Assembly: GCA_963848295.1 (NCBI GenBank)
Contig: CAWKDB010000010.1
Coordinates: forward strand, 3,040,001 to 3,104,000
Length of the DNA: 64,000 bases
Direction of reading: 5' to 3'
From: an uncultured delta proteobacterium
GTDB lineage: Bacteria > Myxococcota_A > Polyangia > Haliangiales > Haliangiaceae
The notes under the pieces were generated by a model that saw only the letters and a list, made by a program, of their open reading frames with translations, ran no database searches and was not told the DNA's origin. Positions 9,526 to 19,068 of this stretch are shown here, piece by piece (positions within the stretch are counted from its first letter, which is position 1; each line of letters opens with the position of its first letter). The translations under genes were made by a program, and so were the position numbers.

Positions 9526-10890
9526 TCAACGTTTCGGAATCGCGGACTTATCGCACGGGCCGCGATCGATCGAGTCGACCGATGCGAGCAGTAGATCGCC
9601 GCCCGGACCGGGCTTGAACCCGAACCGGAACTCGCGGTCGTCGGTCTTGCAGGTCGTGCCGGTGCAGTGCGCGAACGCCGCGACCATCTGCTCGAGGTCC
9701 GGCAGCTGGAACTGATCGCGCGAGATTCGATCGGTGACGCGCTCGAAGTGCGGATCCCCATCGCCATCCGCGTCGATCGTGTTGTTCGGATCGTAGGTCA
9801 CGACCGCTTGATCGACGCCTTGTAGCGGCAGCCAGCTGTCGAGCGGCAGCTGATCGCTCGGCGGCAGCCGATCCCACGAAGCCAGCACGCAGAGCTGGCG
9901 CATCATCACCGCCGGCGAGCGCGTGTGCGGTCGCGTCGGGACGAAGCGCAGGTCGCCGTGCTCGCGCAGCAGATCGGCGGCGGTGGCGGCGAGCTCGCAG
10001 TCGGTGTCTCTCGTCGTCGCGACGAGCAGGCGCTGAAGATCGGGCAGCGGCTTGCCGTTGTTGCTCGCGTCGTCGGCGTCGACCAGATCGTGCAGCGACT
10101 CGATCCGCGTGACCAACCGCAGCTTCTTGTCGGCGACCGCGGTCAGGTAAACCGCGCGATTCGCCTCCGCCGACAACACCTCGACCGCGCCATCGATGTG
10201 CAACCTCGTCGCGGCTTCGGTCAGTGCCGCGGTGTCGAGCCCGCCGACCGAGCTGCTCGCCAGATCCGTGTGACCGGCCGCGGCGGCGAGGGCGAGTAGC
10301 TCGAGCCTGAGTGCGCCGTCGTCGCTCGGTGCGAAGCTGAGCGCGGCAGACACGAGCTGGTTCTCGGGCGGCGGCATCGCGGCGAGGGCCAGCAGGCTGT
10401 CGTGGATCGCCGGCAGATCCGATTCGTCGAGCTGACCGAGCGCCCAGATCGCGAGCCAGCGCCGCAGACACGGCTCTGCGATCGTCGCGTTCGGCGCCGG
10501 ATCGCCGAGGTCCACCGGCGGCATCGCGCACTGCTGCACGATCGGCTGTGGCAGCACGCACGTGAAGTTGCCCTCGTGCAGCAGCGCGATCGCGAGCTGA
10601 TGGGCGATCGGAGTCGGCACCTCGCCGAGCTTGACGTCCCAGTCCTCGCCGGTCGGCGCGATGCGCTTCCACAGCGCGATCGCATCGGCATCGCTCGCGA
10701 GGTGGACCGTGCTCCAGTCGACCTGGACCCACCGGCGCGGCGGCGGATCATCCGGCCGATCCGCAGGGACCGGCGTCGGATGGACGACCCGCGCAGGCCT
10801 CACCGGTGCGGGCGCGAGCGGCGGTGGCGCCGGTGCAGCTCCGCAGGCCGCGGTCAATCCGGCGCACGCGAGCAGCACCAGCGGGGTCAC
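9526..10890 (-). CDS. Hypothetical helical lipoprotein (start uncertain)
   Basis: LLACAGLTAACG lipobox, Pro-rich linker, helical HEAT-like region, DADGDGD acidic loop. Confidence 0.7.
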   Translation of the reverse strand: MTPLVLLACAGLTAACGAAPAPPPLAPAPVRPARVVHPTPVPADRPDDPPPRRWVQVDWSTVHLASDADAIALWKRIAPTGEDWDVKLGEVPTPIAHQLAIALLHEGNFTCVLPQPIVQQCAMPPVDLGDPAPNATIAEPCLRRWLAIWALGQLDESDLPAIHDSLLALAAMPPPENQLVSAALSFAPSDDGALRLELLALAAAAGHTDLASSSVGGLDTAALTEAATRLHIDGAVEVLSAEANRAVYLTAVADKKLRLVTRIESLHDLVDADDASNNGKPLPDLQRLLVATTRDTDCELAATAADLLREHGDLRFVPTRPHTRSPAVMMRQLCVLASWDRLPPSDQLPLDSWLPLQGVDQAVVTYDPNNTIDADGDGDPHFERVTDRISRDQFQLPDLEQMVAAFAHCTGTTCKTDDREFRFGFKPGPGGDLLLASVDSIDRGPCDKSAIPKR

Positions 10891-11027
10891 CAGCTTTAGA
10901 CGTCCGACCTGGCCCGCGGTTGCAACTGTGATGATGGCGCGATTTCCGTCGGAACGGAACATCGGACAGGAACGTGCTGCGCTCACCGTGATCAGTATAG
11001 TGCGCTCCGCTTTCCAAGGAGATCGAC

Positions 11028-11627
11028 ATGAAAACGCTCTCGCAGATGGTGTTCGCTGTGGCGATGTGTGGCGCCGGGCTCGTCTACGCCGGACCAGGTG
11101 ACATGAAGGGCGCGCCCGTGCCGCCCCCGACCGGCGCGAAGATGGAGCTGCCCAAAGCCCCGCCACAGGAGATCTCCGACATGGCCAAGGCGATGAACGG
11201 CACGTGGCGGTGCACCGGCACCGACATGGGGATGGACGGCGCGAGCGTGAAGTTCAACGCCACCATGACGAGCAAGACCGATCTCGACGGCTGGTGGCAT
11301 CACGACTCGATGACCGGAACCTCGGGCCAGGGCAAGACCGCGATGAAGTTCAAGATGGAGTCGTACACGACGTTCGACCCCGGCATGAAGAAGTGGCACT
11401 CGGTCTCGGTGATGAACGACGGCGGCCAGATGGTCGGCGAGTCGGACGGCATGAAGGACATGAAGATGGAGACGACGGCCGACACCTGGGGCCCGATGGG
11501 CCAGGGCATGTTCAAGGACCACGTCGACGCGAGCGACATGAAGAAGGGCGTGCACATGTGGGGCGAGGCGTCGATCGACAAGGGCAAGACGTTCAAGCCC
11601 GTCTACGACATGATGTGCAAGAAGTAG
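11028..11627 (+). CDS. Secreted Met-rich protein, possibly DUF1579-like
   Basis: AAGGAG RBS, signal peptide, GTWRCTG and FDPGMKKWHSVSVMNDGG motifs; 25 Met in 199 aa. Confidence 0.75.
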   Translation: MKTLSQMVFAVAMCGAGLVYAGPGDMKGAPVPPPTGAKMELPKAPPQEISDMAKAMNGTWRCTGTDMGMDGASVKFNATMTSKTDLDGWWHHDSMTGTSGQGKTAMKFKMESYTTFDPGMKKWHSVSVMNDGGQMVGESDGMKDMKMETTADTWGPMGQGMFKDHVDASDMKKGVHMWGEASIDKGKTFKPVYDMMCKK

Positions 11628-11648
11628 CCACGCGGCGCCGGTCGATCG

Positions 11649-12584
11649 TCAGCGCGCCGATGCGAGGATGGTCTCGCACAGCGTCGCGTAGTCGATGCCG
11701 ATCGCTTTCGCGATCTTCGGCAACAGGCTCGTCTTGGTCATGCCGGGCAGCGTGTTGACCTCGAGCACGAACGGCTCGCCGGCGGTCGATACGCGCAAGT
11801 CGGGCCGTGAATGACCGGAGCAACCGAGCGCGGTGTACGCGGCGAGCGCGTGATGCTCGATCGCGGCGACGGTGTCGCGCGGCAGCTCCGGCGGTAGCAA
11901 GTACGTCGTGTCGCCGCGCTTGTACTTCGCGTCGTAGTCGTAGAACTTGCCGGCGGGGCGAACCTCGACCGAGCCGAGCACGACGCCGTCGACGATGCCG
12001 ACGAACACCTCGGTGCCCGCGATGTAGTCCTCGACGATCACCGGGCCGTGAAACGTGCGCGCGAGCGCGACCGCGGCGGCGAGCTGATCGCGGCGCTCGA
12101 CGATCGTGACGCCGACCGAGCTGCCTTCGTTGCCGGGCTTGATCACGCACGGCAGCGGCCAATCGGCGAGCGCGCTCGGCGCATCGCTGCCATCCGGCGG
12201 GCCGTCGTGCGCGACCAGGCGCCAGCGCGGGGTCGGCACGCCGTTCGATTCGAAGATCCGCTTCGACATCACCTTGTCCATCGCGAGCGCGCTCGCGAGG
12301 ATCCCGGAGCCGGTGCACGGGATGCCGAGACACGCGCACAAGCCCTGGACCGCGCCGTCTTCGCCGAACGTGCCGTGCAGCGCGTTCCATACGACCGCAG
12401 GTCTCGCGTCCTCGAGCAGGCGCGGCAGGCTGGTGCCGGTCGCCCAATCGATCGCGACCGCATCCCAGCCCTTGGCGACGAGCGCGGCGAGCACGCCGGC
12501 GCCGGTGTCGAGCGACACCTCGCGCTCCGCCGACAAGCCACCCAACACGACGGCGACGCGACGGCCTGCGAACCGGTGAGCCAT
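11649..12584 (-). CDS. ddl: D-alanine--D-alanine ligase
   Basis: GGLSAEREVSL, LHGTFGEDG, GSSVGV, YDYDAKY, LEVNTLPGMT. Confidence 0.97.
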   Translation of the reverse strand: MAHRFAGRRVAVVLGGLSAEREVSLDTGAGVLAALVAKGWDAVAIDWATGTSLPRLLEDARPAVVWNALHGTFGEDGAVQGLCACLGIPCTGSGILASALAMDKVMSKRIFESNGVPTPRWRLVAHDGPPDGSDAPSALADWPLPCVIKPGNEGSSVGVTIVERRDQLAAAVALARTFHGPVIVEDYIAGTEVFVGIVDGVVLGSVEVRPAGKFYDYDAKYKRGDTTYLLPPELPRDTVAAIEHHALAAYTALGCSGHSRPDLRVSTAGEPFVLEVNTLPGMTKTSLLPKIAKAIGIDYATLCETILASAR

Positions 12585-12615
12585 GCGGTCTTGTACTACG
12601 CCGCCGGCTCGCGCG

Positions 12616-13821
12616 TTATTGCGCCCAGACTTGAACGCGCGCGTGACCCTCGCCGGGCACGTTGCGATACGTGAAGTCGATCGAGCTGATCGACCGACCG
12701 TCGTTGCCCCAGCCCTCGGGCAGATCGATGACGCGCGTGCGCTGGCCTTCGCGGAAGTTGTGGGTCACGCCGGGCCGCCACGGCTCGCCGCGGCCGAGCC
12801 GGACGGTGAAGTCGACGAGATCGAGATCGCTGTTCTCGACGACCAACGTGAGCCGGCGAAACTTGCCGTCCTGGCGACCGACCGCGATCGAATCGCGCTC
12901 CATCTTGCCGTGGCCGTGGACCTCGCGCTCGCCGAGCATCGTCCAGCCGTCGCTGTTCCACGCCCGCGGCGGCGCGGCCACCGCTTGGCCTCCGACGCGA
13001 CGGCCCCATACCTGGAGTCGCGCGTGACCTGCGCCGGGGAGGTTGCGATACACGAAGTCCAGCGAGTGAATCGTCCGGCCGTCGCTGCCCCACGCGGTGT
13101 CCGGCAGGTCGATCACGCGGGTGCGTTGGCCTTCGCGGAAGGAGTGTGTCACCCCCGGGCGGAACGCCTGGTTGTGACCGAACTGCACCGTGAAGTCGAC
13201 GAGCTCCAGGTCGCTGTCCTCGACGACGAGCGTCAGCTTGTCGAACCGGCCCTCTTGGCGGCCGACCGCGATCGAGTCGCGCTCCATCTTGCCGTGACCA
13301 TGAACCTCGCGGTCGCCGAGCATCTCCCAGCCGCGCGAGTCCCACACCTGCGCGGGCGGCGGCGGTGGTGGTGCGATCGCGGTAGCACCCGTGCGCCAGC
13401 CGTAGACCTGCACGTGCGCGTGACCTTCGCCGGGCACGTTGCGATACGTGAAGTCGAGCGACGAGATCGTGCGCGCTTCCTTGCCCCACGCCGATTCCGG
13501 GAACTCGATCACGCGAGTGCGCTGACCCTCCTGAAAATGATGCGAGACACCGGGACGCCATGGCTCACCGCGGCCGAACTTGACCGTGAAGTCGACGAGC
13601 TCGAGATCGCTATTCTCGACGACGATCGTCAGCTTGCTGAACTTGCCGTCTTGCCGGCCGACCGCGATCGAGTCGCGCTCCATCTTGCCGTGGCCATGCA
13701 CGGTGGTCTCACCGAGCAAGACCCAGCCGTGCGAGTCCCACGCCGGGGCGGGTTGTGCCCGAGCGGCCGGTGCAGCCACCGCGACCGCGAACGCCATCAC
13801 CATCAGATTGAAAAGTTTCAT
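12616..13821 (-). CDS. Secreted protein with three tandem ~120-aa beta domains (possibly DUF2541-like)
   Basis: Signal peptide plus three near-identical units W(D/N)SxGWxxLGxxxVHGHGKMERDSIAVGRQ...EGQRTRVI...DFxYRN...QV(W/Y). Confidence 0.85.
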   Translation of the reverse strand: MKLFNLMVMAFAVAVAAPAARAQPAPAWDSHGWVLLGETTVHGHGKMERDSIAVGRQDGKFSKLTIVVENSDLELVDFTVKFGRGEPWRPGVSHHFQEGQRTRVIEFPESAWGKEARTISSLDFTYRNVPGEGHAHVQVYGWRTGATAIAPPPPPPAQVWDSRGWEMLGDREVHGHGKMERDSIAVGRQEGRFDKLTLVVEDSDLELVDFTVQFGHNQAFRPGVTHSFREGQRTRVIDLPDTAWGSDGRTIHSLDFVYRNLPGAGHARLQVWGRRVGGQAVAAPPRAWNSDGWTMLGEREVHGHGKMERDSIAVGRQDGKFRRLTLVVENSDLDLVDFTVRLGRGEPWRPGVTHNFREGQRTRVIDLPEGWGNDGRSISSIDFTYRNVPGEGHARVQVWAQ

Positions 13822-13861
13822 GGGGCGAAACTACCCGCGTTCCCGTGCAAGCTCAACGCCT

Positions 13862-14906
13862 CTACTCGACGATGATCGGCTCGGGCTCGAGCGGGATGCC
13901 GAGGCGATCTCGCACGCCGGCTTGGATCTGGCGGGCGAGCGCGAGCAGCTCGGCCGCGGTCGCGCCACCGCGGTTGACGAGGGCGAGCGCATGCTTGTTC
14001 GAGATCCCGACCCGGCCGACCGAGAACCCTTTGCTGAACCCGGCGCGCTCGATCAGCCACGCCGCCGACAGCTTCGTCAGCCCGCCGGCAGCGGGCCAGC
14101 TCGGAAACGCGACGCCGTCGCCGAGTCGCCGCGCGAGCTCGGCGAGCCGACCGGCATCGACGAGCGGGTTCGTGAAGAACGAGCCGGCGCTGCGCGATTC
14201 CGGGTCACCCGGATCGACGACCATGCCCTTGCCGCGGCGCAGCGCGATCACGGTGTCGCGCACGCGTTGCAGCGGCGCACGCTCGCCTTCGGCGATGCCG
14301 AGCGCCTTCGCGAGCTCGGGGTAACGGATCGGCATCGATTGCTCGCTGCGTGGAAACCGGAACCGCGCTTCGACGATGATCCAGCGATCGCTGCCGCGAA
14401 ACATGCTCGTGCGATAGCCGAGCTTGCAAGCCGCGCGCTCGAGCTTGTCGAGCGTTCCGGTCTGGCGATCCCACGCGCGCACGAACACGAGCGTGTCGCT
14501 GATCTCCTGGCCATACGCGCCCACGTTTTGCATCGGCGTCGCGCCGACCAAGCCGGGAATCCCCGACAGACACTCGACGCCCGCGAGGCCGTGCGCGCAC
14601 ATCTCGGCGACGAAGTCGTCCCACCCGTGGCCGCCGAACACGGACACGATCGCATCGTTCGAGGTCACCGGCTCGTGCACGCTCGTGCCCGTCATCGCGA
14701 GCTGGACGACGAGACCGTCGAATCCGGCATCGCCGATCACGACGTTGCTGCCGCCGCCGAGGATCATCACGCGGTCGCCGGTGGCATTCGCGTCGCGCAG
14801 CGCGAGCTCGAGCTCCATCGTGCCACCGACCCGCACGAACCGCTTCGCCCGCCCGCCGATCCCGAGTGTCGTCAGCGGCGCGAGCGGAACATCGCGCTCG
14901 ATGCAT
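13862..14906 (-). CDS. murB: UDP-N-acetylenolpyruvoylglucosamine reductase
   Basis: PLAPLTTLGIGG, LGGGSN, GIPGLVGATPMQNVGAYG, SAGSFFTNP, KHALALVN, LEPEP. The natural ATG at 14906 is one base out of frame. Confidence 0.93.
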
Positions 14907-16351
14907 CACCGCGCGACCGTCGCGCTCGATTCGGCAACGCGAACCAGATTCTTCTTCGTCGCGGCGCCGAGCCGTTGCTCGAGCAGCTCGATCACGTCGT
15001 TGCATGCGAGCTGGATGTTGCCCGCGCCGAGCGTGATCACGAGGTCGCCGGGCTTGGCCTGCGCGTCGAGCCAGGTCGCGAGGTCCTCCCGCCGTGACAC
15101 GTAGGCGATGTCCGCGTGACCGGCTTCGCGCGCGAGCTCGACGAGGCGCTGACTCGTGATGCCGTCGATCGGCTTCTCGCCGGCGGCGAAGATGTCGCAG
15201 ATCACGACCTTGTCGGCATCGTGGAACGCGCGCGGGAACTCGAGCCATTGATCGCGCGTGCGCGTGAACCGATGCGGCTGGAACGCGGCGACGATCCTCC
15301 GGCCGGGAAAGCTCGCGCGTGCACCGGCGAGCGTGGCGCGCACTTCGGCAGGGTGATGACCGAAATCGTCGACGACGGTGACCCCGCCGACCTCGCCGCG
15401 CACCGTGAACCGGCGCGCGACGCCCTCGAACTGCGCGATCGCCTTGACGTAGGTCGCGAACGGGATCGCCAAGAAGTCGGCGATCGCGAGCACGCCGAGC
15501 GCGTTCATCACGTTGTGGTGTCCCGGCATCGGCAGCACGACCTCGCCGAGCTCGTCGGCCTTGCGCCACGCGACGAACCGCGTCGTCATGCCTTCGTGCC
15601 GGATGTTGCGAGCGCGATACGTCGCTGCCGCCGAGACGCCGAACGTGACGAACCGCTTCGTCATCGTGGGCAGGATGTCCTGGACGCCGGCGTTGTCGTG
15701 GCACAGCGCGCTCATCCCGTAGAACGGCACACGGTTGCAGAAGTCGGTGAACGCCTTCTTGACGTTGTCGTACGTGCCGTAGTGATCGAGGTGCTCGGCG
15801 TCGACGTTCGTCACGATCGCGAGCGTCGGCGACAGCGTGAGGAAGCTACCGTCGCTCTCGTCGGCCTCCGCGACGAGGTAATCGCTCTTGCCCCACCGCG
15901 CGTTCGCGAGGCCGAGCGAGTTGACGCGCCCGCCGATCACCGCGGTCGGATCGAGCCCGGCCGCCATCAACACGGTGTGCATCATCGTCGTCGACGTGGT
16001 CTTGCCGTGCGCGCCGGCGACCGCGATGCCGTACTTCATCCGCATCAGCTCGCCGAGCATCTCGGCCCGCGGGATCACCGGAATCTGCCGCGCGCGCGCA
16101 GCCTCGACCTCGGGGTTGTAGCCTTTGATCGCGCTCGACACGACGACGACATCCGCGTCGCCGATGTTGGCGGCGCGATGGCCGCGCTCGATCGAGCAAC
16201 CGATGCCCGCGAGGTGGCGCGTGATCTCGGTGTCGTTCATGTCCGAGCCGGAGACCTGGTAGCCCATGTTCGCGAGCACCTCGGCGATGCCGCACATCCC
16301 CATCCCACCGATGCCGACGAAGTGGATCTTGGTGTCTGGCTTGCGAAACAT
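14906..16351 (-). CDS. murC: UDP-N-acetylmuramate--L-alanine ligase
   Basis: HFVGIGGMGMCGIA, GAHGKTT, EADESDGSF, DDFGHHPAE, FQPHRFTRT. Confidence 0.97.
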   Translation of the reverse strand: MFRKPDTKIHFVGIGGMGMCGIAEVLANMGYQVSGSDMNDTEITRHLAGIGCSIERGHRAANIGDADVVVVSSAIKGYNPEVEAARARQIPVIPRAEMLGELMRMKYGIAVAGAHGKTTSTTMMHTVLMAAGLDPTAVIGGRVNSLGLANARWGKSDYLVAEADESDGSFLTLSPTLAIVTNVDAEHLDHYGTYDNVKKAFTDFCNRVPFYGMSALCHDNAGVQDILPTMTKRFVTFGVSAAATYRARNIRHEGMTTRFVAWRKADELGEVVLPMPGHHNVMNALGVLAIADFLAIPFATYVKAIAQFEGVARRFTVRGEVGGVTVVDDFGHHPAEVRATLAGARASFPGRRIVAAFQPHRFTRTRDQWLEFPRAFHDADKVVICDIFAAGEKPIDGITSQRLVELAREAGHADIAYVSRREDLATWLDAQAKPGDLVITLGAGNIQLACNDVIELLEQRLGAATKKNLVRVAESSATVAR

Positions 16352-16399
16352 GGCTACCTACCGATCGAACGCCTACTTACCACGGAGTATGCTGGCGGC

Positions 16400-17245
16400 G
16401 TGAAGTGGCGAATCGCAGGTAGTTTCGCGGTGCTCGTCGCGGCTAGCTCGCCGGTCTCGGCGGATGACAGTTGCAAGGCCAAGGCGGCGGATCTCGCCGC
16501 GTTTGCGAAGGGGTTGCCGGGCGACTCTTACGTCCTGCCGAGCTCGGCGCTGCATCTCGTGCAGCGTAGCGATGCGGTGCCGGCACCCAAGGCGACGATC
16601 GGTGGCACGGTCGAGCTCGCCGAGGGCAAGCTCGAGCAAGGCGGGCGGAGTTACGAGCCGACCGACCGGATGCTCGTGGAGGGCTTGGTGCTCGATCACG
16701 ACCGCGCGGTCAAAGCGGCGAAGCCACAAGAGTCGGTCCCCTACGTCTTGGCCATCGACGCCGACGAGACCTGGAGCGACGTCGTGACCACCGCCGGCGT
16801 GCTGCGCGGCGCGGGGTTCTCGAACCTGCTGCTCGCGTTCCGCGCGACCGCGATCCCGGCACCGCCTCACAGCGCACTCGACGCCGCGGTGGCGAAGAGC
16901 ACCGAGAGCCATGCCGCGGCGGTCGCGCGCGCGCTCGAGAAGGTCGTGCACGGGTGCCCGTCGATGATCAAGATGTTCGGCCAGGTCGCGGCGCTCGACA
17001 CCGACAAGGGCGAGTTCCTGAAGTCCGAGGTCGAGCAGGCGCTCGTCGATTGTGGCTGCAATGTCGATCTGCCGTCGGTGCGATCCGCGATGTACCAACT
17101 GTTCGGCGGCGCGAGCCCGGTCGGATATTTCGCGATCGAGATCGCCGATAGCGGCAAGCCGCTCGCGCTCGCCGGCAAGACGCCGTGGAAAGACGCGCAG
17201 AAGCAGATCAAGCCGGGCGCGTCGCTGCATGTCACGGTGAAATGA
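16400..17245 (+). CDS. Secreted protein, ExbD/TolR-like family paralog A
   Basis: GTG start inside ORF 15116..17245, signal peptide, VLAIDADETWSDVV...LRGAGF, CPSMIKMFG, CGCNVD. Confidence 0.75.
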   Translation: MKWRIAGSFAVLVAASSPVSADDSCKAKAADLAAFAKGLPGDSYVLPSSALHLVQRSDAVPAPKATIGGTVELAEGKLEQGGRSYEPTDRMLVEGLVLDHDRAVKAAKPQESVPYVLAIDADETWSDVVTTAGVLRGAGFSNLLLAFRATAIPAPPHSALDAAVAKSTESHAAAVARALEKVVHGCPSMIKMFGQVAALDTDKGEFLKSEVEQALVDCGCNVDLPSVRSAMYQLFGGASPVGYFAIEIADSGKPLALAGKTPWKDAQKQIKPGASLHVTVK

Positions 17246-17277
17246 GACGGCATGGCTCGTCCGCGCGTCCGTCTAGC

Positions 17278-17661
17278 GTGCATCCAGCGAAGTTGGCGGC
17301 ATTCACAGCGTTCGCAGCTGCCTGTGGCGGCGGCGGCACGAAGGCGCCGGTGGTCGACAAAGCCGTGTGCAAGGCGCAAGTCGCCGACCTCGTCGCGTTT
17401 CTGAACACGCGCGATAACAGCCCGTGGCTCGCGGTCGATGCCGACGTTCACTTGGTGATTCGACCGACGCTGCCGTCGATCGAACGGTGGGACACGATCG
17501 TGACGCTGACCGCCGCAGGGCCGCGCTTCAACGAGCAACGTTACGGGTTCGGCGATCTCGGTCCGCCGCTCGTGCACGAGAAGCTGCGTCTCGACGACAT
17601 CATCTCCGAGCGACGTGCCCAACTCCAACCGGGCACCACGGTGCACCTCGTGGCGAAGTGA
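17278..17661 (+). CDS. Internally deleted lipoprotein, paralog B of the same family
   Basis: AAACGGG lipobox, CKAQVADLVAFL and HLVIR match A/C; ends QLQPGTTVHLVAK like A's QIKPGASLHVTVK; the middle is missing. Confidence 0.6.
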   Translation: MHPAKLAAFTAFAAACGGGGTKAPVVDKAVCKAQVADLVAFLNTRDNSPWLAVDADVHLVIRPTLPSIERWDTIVTLTAAGPRFNEQRYGFGDLGPPLVHEKLRLDDIISERRAQLQPGTTVHLVAK

Positions 17662-18521
17662 AGCGAGCGCTCGTGGTCATCGCGCTTGTCGCGTGCGGCG
17701 GCAAGACCTCCGGGCCGGACTGCAAGACTCAAGTCGCGGATCTGATGACGTTCTTGCACGCGATGGATCATTCGATCCCGGTGAGCTACGAACCGAGCGC
17801 ACACCTCGTCGTGCGGCAAGAGCTGCCATCGAAAGATCCGCCCGACGGGCCGGTGATGACGCTGGTCGGCGGCAAGACCTTCCTCGACGGCAAGGCCTTT
17901 GCGCCGACCGAGCTCGGCGCTGCGCTCACCGCTGCCAAACAGCGCATCGACGAGAGGATCGAGCGGCGTCACCTCGAAGGACGGCTCGACTCGCGCCACG
18001 TGATGCTCGCGGTCGACGAGAACGCGACCTGGGGCGACTTCGTACTCGCGATCGAGACGCTCACTCGCGCCGGGCTCGACAAGCCGGTGTTGGTGTACGG
18101 CAAGGCATCGCGGGTGGCCGCACCGCCGCGTGTCGCGATCGACGACCAGATCGACGCGATCCACCAGGGCGACCCCGAAGCCGCCAGCGCTCTCGCACGC
18201 CTCGCGACGACGATGGCGTCGCCGTGTCCTGCGCTCGGCAAGGTGTTCGGGGCAGTGGCGTCCGACGAAGGCGGCGACAAGGCGCAGGTGATCATCGATG
18301 GATCGGGGCCGGCGTTGCTCGAGTGCAAGTGCGCGGCCGATGTCGCGTCGTTTCGTGCGGTGATGTGGCGCATCGCCGGCAATCTGCACCCGAGCGCGCT
18401 CCTCGAGCTCACGATCGACAAGACCGGCGAGCCGATCGCGTTTCCAGCGGCGACGCCGTGGCGCGAAGCGGGCAAGCGCCTCGGCATCAACGCGACGATC
18501 TGGCCGAGCCTGACGCCCTAG
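17658..18521 (+). CDS. Lipoprotein, ExbD/TolR-like family paralog C
   Basis: LVACGG lipobox, CKTQVADLMTFL, MLAVDENATWGDFVLAIETLTRAGL, CPALGKVFG, CKCAAD; GTGA overlap with B. Confidence 0.8.
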   Translation: MKRALVVIALVACGGKTSGPDCKTQVADLMTFLHAMDHSIPVSYEPSAHLVVRQELPSKDPPDGPVMTLVGGKTFLDGKAFAPTELGAALTAAKQRIDERIERRHLEGRLDSRHVMLAVDENATWGDFVLAIETLTRAGLDKPVLVYGKASRVAAPPRVAIDDQIDAIHQGDPEAASALARLATTMASPCPALGKVFGAVASDEGGDKAQVIIDGSGPALLECKCAADVASFRAVMWRIAGNLHPSALLELTIDKTGEPIAFPAATPWREAGKRLGINATIWPSLTP

Positions 18522-19007
18522 TTACGGCGTGACGAACTGACCGCCAACCGAAATCGTGTAGTCGGTGCCCGCTGGCAGTTCGAGCACGAGCGGCGACGCG
18601 ACCTCGCCATCGCACAAGGTGCCGGCGTATGTGCCGATCTCGATCGGCTGACCCGCGACCTGCGTGTAGATCGTGATCGCGGTGATGCACGCGCCCTCAG
18701 GGCCCGAGGTCACTGCGATGTGGTCGAGCGTGAGCTGAGTGCTCGAGATCAGCGCGACCCACGTCATGACGGTCACCGGGGACAGCTCGATCGTGGTGAC
18801 CGGGCACGCCGAAATGTCGCCTCCGGGCGGGCTCGAGCAGATCTGCGTCGCCGTCGGTGCCGTCCGGAACGAGTCGCCGGTCGGTGCGGTGCCAGGCGCG
18901 TTGCTGGTGCCGCCGGCATGGCCCTGCTGGGGTTCGCTCGGCCCGCTCGCTGGGTCGACCGCGCAGCCAGCCACCAGAACAAACGCGAGTGCAAATCGGC
19001 CCATCAT
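18522..19007 (-). CDS. Hypothetical lipoprotein
   Basis: VLVAGC lipobox, low-complexity linker, beta-rich domain with 4 Cys. Confidence 0.7.
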   Translation of the reverse strand: MMGRFALAFVLVAGCAVDPASGPSEPQQGHAGGTSNAPGTAPTGDSFRTAPTATQICSSPPGGDISACPVTTIELSPVTVMTWVALISSTQLTLDHIAVTSGPEGACITAITIYTQVAGQPIEIGTYAGTLCDGEVASPLVLELPAGTDYTISVGGQFVTP

Positions 19008-19068
19008 GCTTCTAGCCTACCAGTCCGTACATCGCGCCTACAAGCGAATTCGTCGGGGCTCGAGCCAA

